NCBI GenBank assembly: GCA_017465465.1
Contig: JAFTWE010000006.1
Location: 18,466-82,465 of the forward strand
Direction: 5' to 3'
Length of the DNA stretch: 64,000 nt
Origin: Clostridia bacterium
Lineage (GTDB): Bacteria; Bacillota; Clostridia; Oscillospirales; Acutalibacteraceae
Made by a program: the position numbers and the translations under genes. A model generated the notes under the pieces. The model saw only the letters and a list, made by a program, of their open reading frames with translations. It was not told the DNA's origin and did no database searches. Positions 27,150-37,588 of this stretch are shown one piece after another. The number at the start of each line of letters is the position of its first letter. The stretch's first letter is position 1.

Positions 27150-29558
27150 ATGATGGGTTACGATTTTAAAACGGTAGAAAAGAAATGGCAAAAACAGTGG
27201 GAGGAAACAGGCGTTTTCCACGCTAAGCAGGATTTTACACTTCCTAAGTTTTATTGCCTTGTAGAATTTCCTTATCCTTCAGGTCAGGGTCTTCATGTAG
27301 GTCATCCCCGCTCATACACAGCGTTGGATGTTGTTGCAAGAAAGAAGCGCCTTGAAGGCTACAATGTTCTCTATCCTATGGGCTGGGATGCTTTCGGTCT
27401 TCCTACAGAGAACTTTGCTATTAAAAATCACATTCATCCTGCAGAGGTTACAAAGCAGAATGTTGCTCACTTCAAAGAGCAGCTTCAGTCCTTGGGCTTC
27501 TCATTTGACTGGAGCAGAGAAATTAACACAACTGACCCTAAATATTATAAGTGGACTCAGTGGATTTTCCTCCAGCTCTTCAAGAAAGGCCTTGCATACA
27601 AAAAAGAAATGGCTGTTAACTGGTGTACTTCCTGTAAGTGCGTTCTTGCAAATGAAGAGGTTGTTAACGGCGTTTGTGAGCGTTGCGGCAGCGAGGTTGT
27701 AAGAAAGGTTAAGAGCCAGTGGATGCTCAAAATCACCGAGTACGCTCAGCGTCTTATTGATGACCTTGATGACCTTGAATTTATCGACAGAGTTAAAACT
27801 CAGCAGAGAAACTGGATTGGCCGTTCAACAGGCGCAGAGGTTGATTTTGTTGCCACAACAGGCGATGTACTTACCGTTTACACAACACGCCCCGATACAC
27901 TTTTCGGCGCAACATATATGGTAGTTTCTCCTGAGCATCCATACCTTGAAAAATGGGCAGACAAGCTTGAAAATATGGACGAAATCCGTGCATATCAGGA
28001 AGAAGCTATGAGAAAGTCTGACTTTGAAAGAACAGAGGTTAATAAAGATAAAACAGGTGTTCTTCTCAAAGGCGTTAAGGCAATTAACCCCGTTAACGGC
28101 AATGAAATTCCGATTTTCATTTCTGACTATGTTCTTGTTTCTTACGGTACAGGCGCAATTATGGCTGTTCCTGCTCACGATACACGCGACTGGGAATTTG
28201 CCAAAAAATTCGGTATTCCCATGGTTGAAGTTGTTAAAGGCGGCAACATTGAGGAAGAGGCCTTTACCGACTGCGCAACAGGCGTTATGGTAAATTCAGG
28301 CTTCCTTACCGGTATGAGCGTAGAAGAAGCAAAAGAAGCAATTAAAAAATGGCTTGAAGAGAATAATAAGGGTAAAACCAAGGTTAACTTTAAGCTCAGA
28401 GACTGGGTATTCTCCCGTCAGAGATATTGGGGTGAGCCGATTCCTCTTGTTAACTGCGAAAAGTGCGGTTGGGTAGCAATCCCTGAATCAGAGCTTCCTC
28501 TTGAGCTTCCCGATGTTGACTCTTATGAGCCTACCGAAAACGGTGAATCACCTTTGGCACCTATGACAGATTGGGTAAACACAACTTGCCCATGCTGCGG
28601 CGGTCCTGCAAAGCGTGAAACAGACACAATGCCTCAGTGGGCAGGCTCTTCATGGTATTTCCTTCGTTACTGTGACCCCCACAATGACGAGGCTCTTGCT
28701 TCAAAAGAAGCTCTTGAATACTGGGCACCTGTTGACTGGTATAACGGCGGTATGGAGCATACAACTCTCCACCTTCTTTACAGCCGTTTCTGGCACAAGT
28801 TCCTTTATGATATCGGTGTTGTTCCTTCAAAGGAGCCATACGCAAAGCGTACAAGCCACGGTATGATTCTCGGCGAAAACGGCGAAAAGATGTCAAAGTC
28901 AAGGGGCAATGTTGTTAACCCCGATGATATTGTTAACGAATACGGTGCAGACACAATGCGTCTTTATGAAATGTTTATCGGTGACTTCGAAAAGGCTGCT
29001 CCCTGGAATTCAGCAAGCATCAAGGGCTGCCGCCGCTTTGTTGAAAGATTCTGGAACCTTCAGGATATCGTAGTTGACGGTGATAATTACCGTGAAGGCC
29101 TTGAAGCATCTTTCCACAAAACAATTAAGAAGGTTACCGAAGATGTGGATAACCTTAAGGCTAACACAGCTATTGCCGCTATGATGGCTCTTCTTAACGA
29201 GATTGCAGACACAGGCTCAATCACAAGAGAAGAATACAAAACATTCACTCTTCTTCTTAACCCCTTTGCTCCTCACGTAACTGAGGAGGTCTGGAGCGTT
29301 ATGGGCTTCGGCGGTGTTGTAACTGACCAGAAATGGCCTGCTTATGACGAAGAAAAGTGCAAAGAGAATTCTATTGAAATCGTAGCTCAGATTAACGGCA
29401 AGGTTCGTGCAAAGCTCGTTATCCCTGCTGATATTGAAGCTGACGAGGCTATTGCAATGGCAAAGAAGGATGAAAAAATTGCAGAAGCAATCTCCGGCAA
29501 GACCATTGTCAAGGAGCTTTATGTAAAGGGCAGACTTGTAAATATCGTTGTAAGATAA
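27150..29558 (+). CDS. leuS: Leucine--tRNA ligase
   Basis: 802 aa; HIGH-type motif (HVGHPRSY) and KMSKS present; CP1 editing domain and zinc-finger cysteines present. Confidence 0.95.
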   Translation: MMGYDFKTVEKKWQKQWEETGVFHAKQDFTLPKFYCLVEFPYPSGQGLHVGHPRSYTALDVVARKKRLEGYNVLYPMGWDAFGLPTENFAIKNHIHPAEVTKQNVAHFKEQLQSLGFSFDWSREINTTDPKYYKWTQWIFLQLFKKGLAYKKEMAVNWCTSCKCVLANEEVVNGVCERCGSEVVRKVKSQWMLKITEYAQRLIDDLDDLEFIDRVKTQQRNWIGRSTGAEVDFVATTGDVLTVYTTRPDTLFGATYMVVSPEHPYLEKWADKLENMDEIRAYQEEAMRKSDFERTEVNKDKTGVLLKGVKAINPVNGNEIPIFISDYVLVSYGTGAIMAVPAHDTRDWEFAKKFGIPMVEVVKGGNIEEEAFTDCATGVMVNSGFLTGMSVEEAKEAIKKWLEENNKGKTKVNFKLRDWVFSRQRYWGEPIPLVNCEKCGWVAIPESELPLELPDVDSYEPTENGESPLAPMTDWVNTTCPCCGGPAKRETDTMPQWAGSSWYFLRYCDPHNDEALASKEALEYWAPVDWYNGGMEHTTLHLLYSRFWHKFLYDIGVVPSKEPYAKRTSHGMILGENGEKMSKSRGNVVNPDDIVNEYGADTMRLYEMFIGDFEKAAPWNSASIKGCRRFVERFWNLQDIVVDGDNYREGLEASFHKTIKKVTEDVDNLKANTAIAAMMALLNEIADTGSITREEYKTFTLLLNPFAPHVTEEVWSVMGFGGVVTDQKWPAYDEEKCKENSIEIVAQINGKVRAKLVIPADIEADEAIAMAKKDEKIAEAISGKTIVKELYVKGRLVNIVVR

Positions 29559-29573
29559 TTTTTCAAAAAACTC

Positions 29574-29602
29574 TTTACAAACACGGTTTTTCGTGTTATA
29601 CT
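29574..29602 (+). promoter_or_regulatory. Sigma-A-type promoter for rpsO
   Basis: TTTACA (29574-29579) - 17 nt - TATACT (29597-29602), about 105 nt upstream of rpsO. Confidence 0.6.
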
Positions 29603-29707
29603 ATCCGTTGCATGTTCCGCTTCTCGGATTCTGGAGTAAACTGCCAAGCAGTTATCACCTGCCTTAACCTGAGTAGTCGGGCAAATAATTAAATGAGGTG
29701 AATTACA

Positions 29708-29971
29708 ATGACAAAAGCAGAAAAGACAGCAATTATGCAGGAGTATGCTCTTCATGAGGGTGACACAGGTTCTCCCGAGGTTCAGATTGCAGTTCTCACA
29801 AAGAGAATCAATGACCTTACCGAGCATCTTAAAACTCATAAGAAAGACCATCACTCACGCCGCGGCCTTCTTAAAATGGTAGGTCACAGACGTAACCTTC
29901 TTGCATATCTTCAGGAAGTTGATATTGAAAGATATCGTTCTATCATTGCAAGACTTGGTATCCGTAAATAA
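29708..29971 (+). CDS. rpsO: 30S ribosomal protein S15
   Basis: 87 aa; [11 protein letters not shown]...[16 protein letters not shown] signature; GAGGTG RBS. Confidence 0.95.
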   Translation: MTKAEKTAIMQEYALHEGDTGSPEVQIAVLTKRINDLTEHLKTHKKDHHSRRGLLKMVGHRRNLLAYLQEVDIERYRSIIARLGIRK

Positions 29972-29981
29972 TTCAAAAAGG

Positions 29982-30007
29982 GGCGGGCAGTTTTATTTCT
30001 GCCTGCC
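29982..30007 (+). terminator. Hairpin terminator/attenuator between rpsO and pnp
   Basis: GGCGGGCAG / CTGCCTGCC stem (one G.U pair) with an 8-nt loop, followed by TTGTTATCTTT. Confidence 0.55.
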
Positions 30008-30060
30008 TTGTTATCTTTATTACAATAGTGTAATAAAGTGAATCGAACAATGTAATCTTT

Positions 30061-30139
30061 CGTCAGGCTGTTGGTTTTAGCAGTGAATCGACAGGTCAAG
30101 GGATTGAAATGTGGATTTATTGCTAAATCTTGCCTGACG
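30061..30139 (+). promoter_or_regulatory. Long leader hairpin upstream of pnp (possible RNase III autoregulatory stem)
   Basis: CGTCAGGC pairs with GCCTGACG, and TTTAGCA pairs with TGCTAAA. Together they enclose about 38 nt. This position is analogous to the processed pnp leader stem known in E. coli. Confidence 0.35.
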
Positions 30140-30170
30140 TAGAAATAAATTTAAAGAGAGGTAAAGATTT

Positions 30171-32369
30171 ATGTTTTTCAAAGATTTCAGAACATTTGAA
30201 ACCACACTCGCAGGTCGTCCTCTTGTAGTTGAAGTTGGTAAAATGGCTCAGCTCGCAGGCGGCTCATGTCTTGTTCGCTATGGCGAAACAGAAGTTCTTT
30301 GCACAGCCACAATGGCTGACAAACCAAGAGAGGGCGTTGATTTCTTCCCCCTTTCAGTTGACTTTGAAGAAAAGCTCTATTCAGTAGGCCGTATTCCCGG
30401 CTCATTCCAGCGCCGTGAAGGCAGAGCAAGCGAAAAGGCTACTCTTGCTTCACGTGTTATCGACAGACCTATTCGTCCTCTTTTCCCCAAGGATATGAGA
30501 AACGATGTTGGCGTTGTTGCCACAGTTATGTCTGTTGACCCCGATTGCTCACCTGAAATCACCGCTATGATTGGTGTTTCAGTTGCAATCTCAATTTCAG
30601 AAATTCCGTGGGACGGTCCCATTTCAGGCGTTTCAGTTGGTCTTGTAGACGGCAAGTTCGTTATCAACCCCACAGAGGCTGAAAGAGAAGTTTCTGAAAT
30701 GGCAGTTACAGTTGCTTCAACTTATGACCTTGTTGCTATGATTGAAGCAGGTGCTAACGAAGTTTCAAACGACGATATGTATGACGGCATTATGTATGCT
30801 CACAAGGTAAACCGGGAGGTTGTTGAATTCATCAGAGGAATTCAGGCTGAGGTTGGTAAGGCAAAGATTGACTTCCCGTCAAATGACCCCGCTCCCGAGA
30901 TGTTTGAAGCAATCAAAGAGTTTGCTATTGAAGATGTTAAGGTTGCTCTTGACACAGATGACAAGCGTATCCGTGACGAAAGACTTCGTCCTATATATGA
31001 CGCTGTTCACGAAAAGTTTGATGAAGTTTATCCTGAAGAAATCGCCAAAATTGACGATTGCATGTACAAGCTTCAGAAATATATCGTAAGACGCTGGCTT
31101 CTTGACGAAGGCAAGCGTGTTGACGGCAGAGGTATTGATGAAATCCGTCCTCTTAACGCAGAGGTTGACCTTATCAGCCGTGCTCACGGTTCAGGTATGT
31201 TTACCCGCGGTCAGACTCAGGTTCTCACCGTTACAACTCTCGGACCTATGAGTGATGTTCAGCTCCTTGACGGCATCGACAACGAAACCACAAAGAGATA
31301 TATGCATCACTATAACTTCCCTGCATACTCAGTTGGTGAAACAAAGCCCAGCAGAGGCCCCGGCCGCCGCGAAATCGGCCACGGTGCTCTTGCAGAGCGT
31401 TCACTTGTTCCTGTTCTTCCTTCAGTTGAAGAGTTCCCATATTGTATCCGTCTTGTTTCAGAAGTTCTTTCTTCAAACGGATCTACATCACAGGGTTCAG
31501 TTTGCGGTTCAACTCTTTCACTTATGGCTGCAGGTGTTCCGATTAAGGCTCCTGTTGCAGGTATCTCCTGCGGTCTTGTTACCGAAGGTGACCGCTTTAT
31601 GACAATGGTTGATATCCAGGGCGTTGAAGATTTCTTCGGCGATATGGACTTCAAGGTAGCAGGTACAAAGAAGGGTATCACTTCAATTCAGATGGACCTT
31701 AAGGTTCACGGTCTTACTCCTGCTATCATCCGTGAAGCTCTTGATAAGACTTATAAGGCTCGTTGCTATATCCTTGATGAAATTATGCTTCCAGTAATTT
31801 CAGAACCTCGCAAAGAGCTTTCAAAATATGCTCCAAAGATGGTTACAACCAAAATCGACCCCGCAAAGATTGGCGATGTTATCGGCAAGCAGGGTAAGGT
31901 TATTCAGAAGATTTGCGAAGAATGCAACTGTAAGGTTGATGTTCAGGAAGACGGTAATGTATTCGTTAGCGCAATCAATCTTGAAGATGCTCAGCGCGCA
32001 TTGTTCATCATTGACACAATCGCAAAAGACCCTGAGGTTGGCGCAATTTATAAGGGTGTAGTTACAAGACTTATGGACTTCGGCGCATTTGTTGAAATCG
32101 CCCCCGGTAAAGAAGGTCTTGTTCACATCAGCCACCTTGATGTTAAGAGAACAGAAAAGGTTGAAGATGTTGTAACAGTTGGTGATGAGGTTATGGTTAA
32201 GATTCTCGGCATCGACGAGAAAGAAAGACTCAACCTTTCACGCCGTGAGGCTCTTATCGAGGTAGAAGGTCTTGTTCCTGAAAACGACCTTTCAGAGGCT
32301 CCGAGACGTCCCGCAGGCAACAGAGGCCGCGGCGGTCGCAGAGATTCTCGCAGAGAAAAAAGAGACTAA
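30171..32369 (+). CDS. pnp: Polyribonucleotide nucleotidyltransferase (PNPase)
   Basis: 732 aa with two RNase PH domains, KH and S1 domains, and an Arg/Gly-rich tail. Confidence 0.95.
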   Translation: MFFKDFRTFETTLAGRPLVVEVGKMAQLAGGSCLVRYGETEVLCTATMADKPREGVDFFPLSVDFEEKLYSVGRIPGSFQRREGRASEKATLASRVIDRPIRPLFPKDMRNDVGVVATVMSVDPDCSPEITAMIGVSVAISISEIPWDGPISGVSVGLVDGKFVINPTEAEREVSEMAVTVASTYDLVAMIEAGANEVSNDDMYDGIMYAHKVNREVVEFIRGIQAEVGKAKIDFPSNDPAPEMFEAIKEFAIEDVKVALDTDDKRIRDERLRPIYDAVHEKFDEVYPEEIAKIDDCMYKLQKYIVRRWLLDEGKRVDGRGIDEIRPLNAEVDLISRAHGSGMFTRGQTQVLTVTTLGPMSDVQLLDGIDNETTKRYMHHYNFPAYSVGETKPSRGPGRREIGHGALAERSLVPVLPSVEEFPYCIRLVSEVLSSNGSTSQGSVCGSTLSLMAAGVPIKAPVAGISCGLVTEGDRFMTMVDIQGVEDFFGDMDFKVAGTKKGITSIQMDLKVHGLTPAIIREALDKTYKARCYILDEIMLPVISEPRKELSKYAPKMVTTKIDPAKIGDVIGKQGKVIQKICEECNCKVDVQEDGNVFVSAINLEDAQRALFIIDTIAKDPEVGAIYKGVVTRLMDFGAFVEIAPGKEGLVHISHLDVKRTEKVEDVVTVGDEVMVKILGIDEKERLNLSRREALIEVEGLVPENDLSEAPRRPAGNRGRGGRRDSRREKRD

Positions 32370-32380
32370 TTAAATTTAAA

Positions 32381-32409
32381 GGGCGTTGGTTACAACGCCC
32401 TTGTTCTTT
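32381..32409 (+). terminator. Intrinsic terminator after pnp
   Basis: GGGCGTTG GTTA CAACGCCC followed by TTGTTCTTT. Confidence 0.7.
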
Positions 32410-32420
32410 CGAGGTGCAAT

Positions 32421-32603
32421 ATGAAAGTTGCCACAAATTGCGAAGAATGTGCAAACTATATCTATGATGACGAATCAGAGTGCTACTGCTGTGATGTCAA
32501 TCTTGATGAAGATGAAATGATGAAGTTCATTTCAGGCATGTTTTATTCCTGCCCATACTACAACCACTACGACGAATATAAAATCGTTAAAAAACAAAAT
32601 TAG
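32421..32603 (+). CDS. Small cysteine-rich protein (60 aa), function unknown
   Basis: GAGGTG RBS 6 nt upstream. CEEC ... CYCC ... C motifs suggest a zinc ribbon. Confidence 0.45.
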   Translation: MKVATNCEECANYIYDDESECYCCDVNLDEDEMMKFISGMFYSCPYYNHYDEYKIVKKQN

Positions 32604-32663
32604 GTTGAAAATTTTTCTCCGATACTGTATAATGATATAAAATACAGTGTCGGAGTTATTTTT

Positions 32664-33308
32664 ATGAAAGACTTAATTATAATCGGCGCAGGCGGCTTTG
32701 GCCGTGAGGTTTCTTGGCTGGTTAAAAGAATCAATGAAGTATGTCCGCAATGGAATCTTCTTGGCTTTCTCGACGATAATCAGATAATTCAATCGAAAAA
32801 TATAGATAAATATAATATTATAAGCAAAGTTGATGACATTGTAAATTACCCTGATGCTTATGTGGTTTGCTGTGTTGCAGATGCTGGTGTCAGAAAAATG
32901 TTGGTTGAAAGGGTAAAATCAAACCCCTTTGCAACTCTTGTTGACCCGTCCGCTATTGTTTCAGCTGAGGTTGAAATAGGTGAGGGCAGTGTGATTTGTG
33001 CAGGCGCAGTGATAACTGTCGATATTAAAATCGGCAAGCATAATATCATTGATGTTAACAGCACAGTCGGTCACGATGCCGTTCTTGAAGATTTTGTTAC
33101 ACTTTATCCCTCTGTAAATGTTTCGGGTAATACACTTATCAAATCAGGTGTTGAATTAGGCACAGGCACTCAGGTGCTTCAGGGACTTAGCATTGGTAAA
33201 AATGCAATAGTAGGTGCAGGTGCGGTTGTTATCCGCGATTTACCTGATGATTGCACCGCTGTCGGTGTACCTGCAAAGGTGATTAAAATAAATGAAAAGA
33301 AATGTTAG
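32664..33308 (+). CDS. NeuD/PglD-family hexapeptide-repeat sugar O/N-acetyltransferase
   Basis: Rossmann-like N-terminus IIIGAGGFGREV followed by left-handed beta-helix hexapeptide repeats. Confidence 0.7.
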   Translation: MKDLIIIGAGGFGREVSWLVKRINEVCPQWNLLGFLDDNQIIQSKNIDKYNIISKVDDIVNYPDAYVVCCVADAGVRKMLVERVKSNPFATLVDPSAIVSAEVEIGEGSVICAGAVITVDIKIGKHNIIDVNSTVGHDAVLEDFVTLYPSVNVSGNTLIKSGVELGTGTQVLQGLSIGKNAIVGAGAVVIRDLPDDCTAVGVPAKVIKINEKKC

Positions 33309-34158
33309 TTTAAAAAAGCGGGTTGCTGTCGGTGCGGCGGCCGCGCTTTTTTGCGTTTTAATGATTGCTGCCTTCTGGCAAGGGTTGGTTGTTCGTGAAT
33401 ATACCAAAACTACTGACCTTGTTAATCAAAAAGTAAATATTGCCCTGATAACCGATTTGCACAGCACCTTTTACGGTGAAAATCAGGAAAAGCTTATTGA
33501 AAAAATAAATGATTATTCTCCTGACTTGATTCTTTTAGCAGGTGACATAGCCGATGACGAAGTTCCTCACGACGGAACAAAGGCTTTGCTGTCGGTTATT
33601 GCCAAAAAGTATCCATGCTATTATGTAACGGGAAATCACGAATTCTGGACAAACGAAATTGACTCAGTTAAAGAGATGATTTCTTCTTACGGTGTTACTA
33701 TTCTCAGTGGAGAATCGGTTGATGTAAAAATAGGCAGTCAGACAATCACCCTGGGCGGTGTGGATGACCCTGTGGGTCTTTATAGTGATAGCGAAGCGTA
33801 CCTTCCCAAAGAAGAAGCACCGCAAAGGTGGAAAGACCAGCTTCAATCGGTCTGCGGGCAAAACAGCGGAGAGGATTTTTCAATTCTTTTGTCACACAGG
33901 CCGGAGCAGACCGAGCTTTATTCCAAAAGCGGATTTGATTTGGTAGTGTCGGGTCATGCTCACGGCGGTCAGGTGAGAGTTCCGTTTATAGTCAACGGAG
34001 TGTATGCTCCCAATCAGGGGCTTTTTCCTGAATATGCAGGCGGTCTTTATGACCTTGGTGAAACTGATTTGATAGTCAGCCGAGGGCTTTGTGTTGACAA
34101 AAAGCCGCGTATTTTCAACCCTCCCGAGCTTGTTTTTATAAATATTGAGCCAAAATAA
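33292..34158 (+). CDS. Membrane-anchored metallophosphoesterase (YkuE-like)
   Basis: N-terminal TM; motifs ITDLH, GDIAD, GNHE and SGHAHGGQ; overlaps the upstream gene by 17 nt. Confidence 0.75.
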   Translation: MKRNVSLKKRVAVGAAAALFCVLMIAAFWQGLVVREYTKTTDLVNQKVNIALITDLHSTFYGENQEKLIEKINDYSPDLILLAGDIADDEVPHDGTKALLSVIAKKYPCYYVTGNHEFWTNEIDSVKEMISSYGVTILSGESVDVKIGSQTITLGGVDDPVGLYSDSEAYLPKEEAPQRWKDQLQSVCGQNSGEDFSILLSHRPEQTELYSKSGFDLVVSGHAHGGQVRVPFIVNGVYAPNQGLFPEYAGGLYDLGETDLIVSRGLCVDKKPRIFNPPELVFINIEPK

Positions 34159-34182
34159 AGGAGCAGACTTAAATCTGCTCCT
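34159..34182. terminator. Bidirectional hairpin overlapping the 3' end of the PfkB gene
   Basis: AGGAGCAGA CTTAAA TCTGCTCCT followed by TAAAAAATT, between convergent genes. Confidence 0.5.
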
Positions 34183-35062
34183 TAAAAAATTCGTTTATAT
34201 AATTTTCAACATCAGCCCTCGTTGCTTTTAAAGCGCCGGGGGTTTCCACTTTGAGCGAAACCGTTGCGGTGGCGGTGAGAAGTGACGATTCGATGCCGTT
34301 ATGACACCTTTCGTTGATATAAGCCGCAAAGGTGGTGTCGCCTCGGCCTGTTCTGCCGCTCAAATTTCTTGATTTAATCGGGCAGGTGTAGAAATCTTTG
34401 CCGTCATAAGCCAGAACCTCTGTGTTGTGAGTGATGAGAATTTCCTTTGCACCCCACTCAAAGAGTAGCTTAGCCGCTTCTTTTCGGTCAGTTAAGCCTG
34501 TGAGAATTTCTGCCTCGGCGGCATCGGTTTTCAAAAAGTCGATATATGGTAAAATCTCTTTTTTATCTGCCCAATCTTCAAAAAACAGTGAGTTGTCGTT
34601 ATCATTTCTGTGGCGCAAAAAGCCCTGAACATCAACGGCAACCTTGCCTTTTTTACTTAGCTCTTTAACCATTTCACCGCTGAAATCACCGTAAATCAAC
34701 CCTGCAAAATGATAAATATCTGCCGAAACATCTTGCGGAATATCATCGGCGGTAATTTCATCGCCTCTTGAAAAGCATTTGCAATCACGCCTTTCTTTGT
34801 CAGGTGTGAAATACTTGTTATACATATAGGTGGTTTCTTTTGAATTGAGAACAATAACATTTTCTTTAGGAAGAGTAAAAGCATCCAAAAGCTTGTTATC
34901 GTCTGGCGCAATTTTAGTAAGCACCGCAACATTATGACCCAGTGCATAAGCCGAAGCCGAGGAATAGACCACAGCACCGCCGGGGATTTTTACTTCATTG
35001 TCAAGGTGGTCAATATTTGTGTCAAGCGTAATATGACCGATTATCAGTGATTGATAATTCAT
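34169..35062 (-). CDS. PfkB-family carbohydrate/ketose-phosphate kinase
   Basis: 297 aa. It has an N-terminal GG dipeptide region (IPGGAVVYSS) and the C-terminal PfkB signature (GRTGRGDTTFAAY). Confidence 0.7.
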   Translation of the reverse strand: MNYQSLIIGHITLDTNIDHLDNEVKIPGGAVVYSSASAYALGHNVAVLTKIAPDDNKLLDAFTLPKENVIVLNSKETTYMYNKYFTPDKERRDCKCFSRGDEITADDIPQDVSADIYHFAGLIYGDFSGEMVKELSKKGKVAVDVQGFLRHRNDNDNSLFFEDWADKKEILPYIDFLKTDAAEAEILTGLTDRKEAAKLLFEWGAKEILITHNTEVLAYDGKDFYTCPIKSRNLSGRTGRGDTTFAAYINERCHNGIESSLLTATATVSLKVETPGALKATRADVENYINEFFKEQI

Positions 35063-35949
35063 ACAAGAAGTCCCTTTCTGAACTCATCTCTCAATGAATC
35101 AATAACATTGTTTTTGAAAAGGTTAAGCAAAAGAATTTCGTGAGATTTGGAATAGTCCTCCGTCATAAAATCCCCTGCAACAATGTTCATTTTCTTGAGC
35201 TTTTCCGGGTCTGCGGCAATACTTCTGAGCATTGATTTAAACTGAATTCTTAAGGTTTTATCAAGCTTTCTCGGGGTTTTAAAGCCGATATCAGAGCCGA
35301 CATTGGGTGTCTGCTGAGTCTGGAACCAGAAAAGTCCGTCATAATCCCGGTCAAAATATTTGGTAATGGAGTGAATAAATCTCTTCGGAAGAAAACCGTG
35401 AGTGGTGTTGTCCCAAGGGGCATCAATTTTGCAGTTAACAGAATGGGCATAGGCCTCTTCATAGTTTATTAGAACATATCTTTTTCCTGCTTTGCGGATA
35501 TCACCCATTGTAACATCAGAAATGTTTTCAAAATCTGTCAGCGCATACTTAGAGGGCTGAATATATTCTTCTAGAAGCTCGTCAACCTTTTTGGGGTCAA
35601 CGTGATATTTAAGTTTGAGAGGACCAACCTGCTGAGGATAATACTCTCGCAAGTCGATAATCAAAAATTCGCTGTCATTTTCTTCAAGGATTTTCTTAAA
35701 CTGCTTAAGGCTGTCCTCAAAAGGCTCACCCTTCATAATGCCGTGGCACTGAACAACCTTGCCCTTTTTAGTGTCAAGACGCATACAGTAATAGCGCACA
35801 CCGTACTTAAACTGCTCATACAGGTTGCCGTCCTGACAGCAGGCTGTGGGGTTCATTCCGTAGCTGCCTGTGTTATGAGAGCCGGGGATAACCACATCGC
35901 GCAGTCTTACCTCGTCTTTGATATAAGACATCCAGTTAGAGTAAATCAT
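35059..35949 (-). CDS. Cytoplasmic PI-PLC X-domain-like phosphodiesterase
   Basis: VVIPGSHNTGSYG resembles the PLC X-box catalytic His motif. There is no signal peptide. It has 4-nt overlaps with both neighbouring genes. Confidence 0.55.
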   Translation of the reverse strand: MIYSNWMSYIKDEVRLRDVVIPGSHNTGSYGMNPTACCQDGNLYEQFKYGVRYYCMRLDTKKGKVVQCHGIMKGEPFEDSLKQFKKILEENDSEFLIIDLREYYPQQVGPLKLKYHVDPKKVDELLEEYIQPSKYALTDFENISDVTMGDIRKAGKRYVLINYEEAYAHSVNCKIDAPWDNTTHGFLPKRFIHSITKYFDRDYDGLFWFQTQQTPNVGSDIGFKTPRKLDKTLRIQFKSMLRSIAADPEKLKKMNIVAGDFMTEDYSKSHEILLLNLFKNNVIDSLRDEFRKGLLV

Positions 35950-36794
35950 AATTTCACCTCATTATAACAAACCTTAATTTTGTCAAGAAGAACCTTTTTT
36001 ATGCTTTCAACTGCTTCGGGCATATAAATCTTGGGGTCAAAGGCATCGGGATATTTTTCAAACCCCGCTTTGATTCCTGCGGTATATGCCTGACGAAGCT
36101 CTGTTGCAAAGTTGATTTTTGAAATTCCTGCTTTTATGCAAGCTTTCAGCGTTTCATCGCTTAAGCCTGATGCCCCGTGGAGAACAAGAGGCGTTTCAAT
36201 GCTTGAATGAATTTCTTTAATTCTGTCAATATTGATTTTGGGTGTTCCTTTATAAACACCGTGAGCAGTTCCCACACCGATTGCAAGAGTGCTTACATTT
36301 GTCTTTTCAGTGAATTCTACTGCTTCGCTGACTTTTGTGTAGTTGGCTTCAAGCTCGGTGTCGCCCTCTTCTTTTCCGCCGATAGTTCCTAACTCACCCT
36401 CAACCGAAATACCCTTTGGTGCGGCAAGGTCAACAACCTCTTTGGTCTTTTTGATATTTTCTTCAAAGGGGAGGGTGCTTCCGTCAAACATAACAGAAGA
36501 AAATCCGCAGTCAATGCACTTTTTTGCAAGCTCAGTGCCGTTGCCGTGGTCAAGGTGAAGAGCGTAATCTACATCGCTGTCTGCCATAAGTGCCGTCATA
36601 AGGGCGGGGTATGTGGCAATGCCGCCGTAGTTTAATGTTCTGGGAATTGTCTGCACAATAACCGGAAGACCGGTTTCCTTCATAACCTGAGCCACAGCCA
36701 TTGCAGATTCAAGGTTGTCAATGTTAAACGCAGGAATAGCGTAACCGTTTTGTGACGCATCTTTCATTAACTTGTAGGTTGTAACAACTGCCAT
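35946..36794 (-). CDS. Class II ketose-bisphosphate aldolase (FbaA/GatY/KbaY family)
   Basis: 282 aa; GYAIPAFN, HLDHG and LVLHGASG motifs of class II aldolases. Confidence 0.8.
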   Translation of the reverse strand: MAVVTTYKLMKDASQNGYAIPAFNIDNLESAMAVAQVMKETGLPVIVQTIPRTLNYGGIATYPALMTALMADSDVDYALHLDHGNGTELAKKCIDCGFSSVMFDGSTLPFEENIKKTKEVVDLAAPKGISVEGELGTIGGKEEGDTELEANYTKVSEAVEFTEKTNVSTLAIGVGTAHGVYKGTPKINIDRIKEIHSSIETPLVLHGASGLSDETLKACIKAGISKINFATELRQAYTAGIKAGFEKYPDAFDPKIYMPEAVESIKKVLLDKIKVCYNEVKL

Positions 36795-36832
36795 AACACC
36801 AATCCTTAAACTTTTCTTTCTATATTTTATAT

Positions 36833-37411
36833 CTATTTTCTTAAAGTGTCAATATTTTGCTTTTTAAATATGCGGTTGACGGAATCCGACAAAATCACCG
36901 CCGCCGCTGTTTTTATAATATCAGGTATAATAAACGGCACAACGCAAATGAGTAAGGCCTCTTTAATGTAAACTGCGGTATCAAGATAAACAAATTCATA
37001 CCACACAATACCTGCAATGTAACAGATAACCTGACCTGTGAGCATAGACAGCCATTTTATCCACTTTTTCTCAGGCAGGAGCTTTATCATAAGCCCTATG
37101 ATTCCTGCGGCAAAAATAAAGCCGATTAAATATCCGCCTGTGGGGCTGAGGAGCACCGACGCTCCGCTTTTAAACCCTGTGAAAACAGGAACACCTATTA
37201 CACCTAAGCAGATATAAATTAAAACGCTGATTACGGCCTTCTTGGAACCAAGTACGCTTGCCGTTACAAAAACGGCCAGAGTCTGCAATGAAAAAGGAAT
37301 TCCCATAAACGGAATGCTTATCCAGGAGCATACACACATAACCGCCGTGAAAACAGAAATTAAAGATATATCTGCTGTTAAATTTCTTTTGTCTTTTATG
37401 TTCAAAAACAC
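36833..37411 (-). CDS. bioY: BioY-family ECF S component
   Basis: 192 aa. IPFSLQTLAVF, GVPVFTG and SPTGGYLIGFIFAA are characteristic BioY motifs. Confidence 0.75.
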   Translation of the reverse strand: MFLNIKDKRNLTADISLISVFTAVMCVCSWISIPFMGIPFSLQTLAVFVTASVLGSKKAVISVLIYICLGVIGVPVFTGFKSGASVLLSPTGGYLIGFIFAAGIIGLMIKLLPEKKWIKWLSMLTGQVICYIAGIVWYEFVYLDTAVYIKEALLICVVPFIIPDIIKTAAAVILSDSVNRIFKKQNIDTLRK

Positions 37412-37435
37412 ACAACCTTGCAGTTTGTTTGTGTT

Positions 37436-37464
37436 ATTGTACCATTATTTTTATAAATTGTAAA
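37436..37464 (-). promoter_or_regulatory. Sigma-A-type promoter for the bioY operon
   Basis: On the minus strand, TTTACA - 17 nt - TACAAT, about 20 nt upstream of the bioY ATG region. Confidence 0.45.
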
Positions 37465-37588
37465 CAAATCGGCAACCGTGAGAATTTATTTGTTACTTTT
37501 TTGTTAATTTCGCAAATAGTTTATTGATTTTAAAAGGAAAAAATTATATACTTAAATTTAGTAAAATAAGTGTAAAAGAGGCATTTTT

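Noticed and set aside
37458-37496. Imperfect inverted repeat TTGTAAACAAAT ... ATTTGTTAC overlapping the -35 of the bioY promoter, considered as a BirA operator
   Set aside because: The half-sites are imperfect (one is a base short) and the spacing is longer than I recall for BirA boxes. I cannot support the call without a position-weight-matrix scan.
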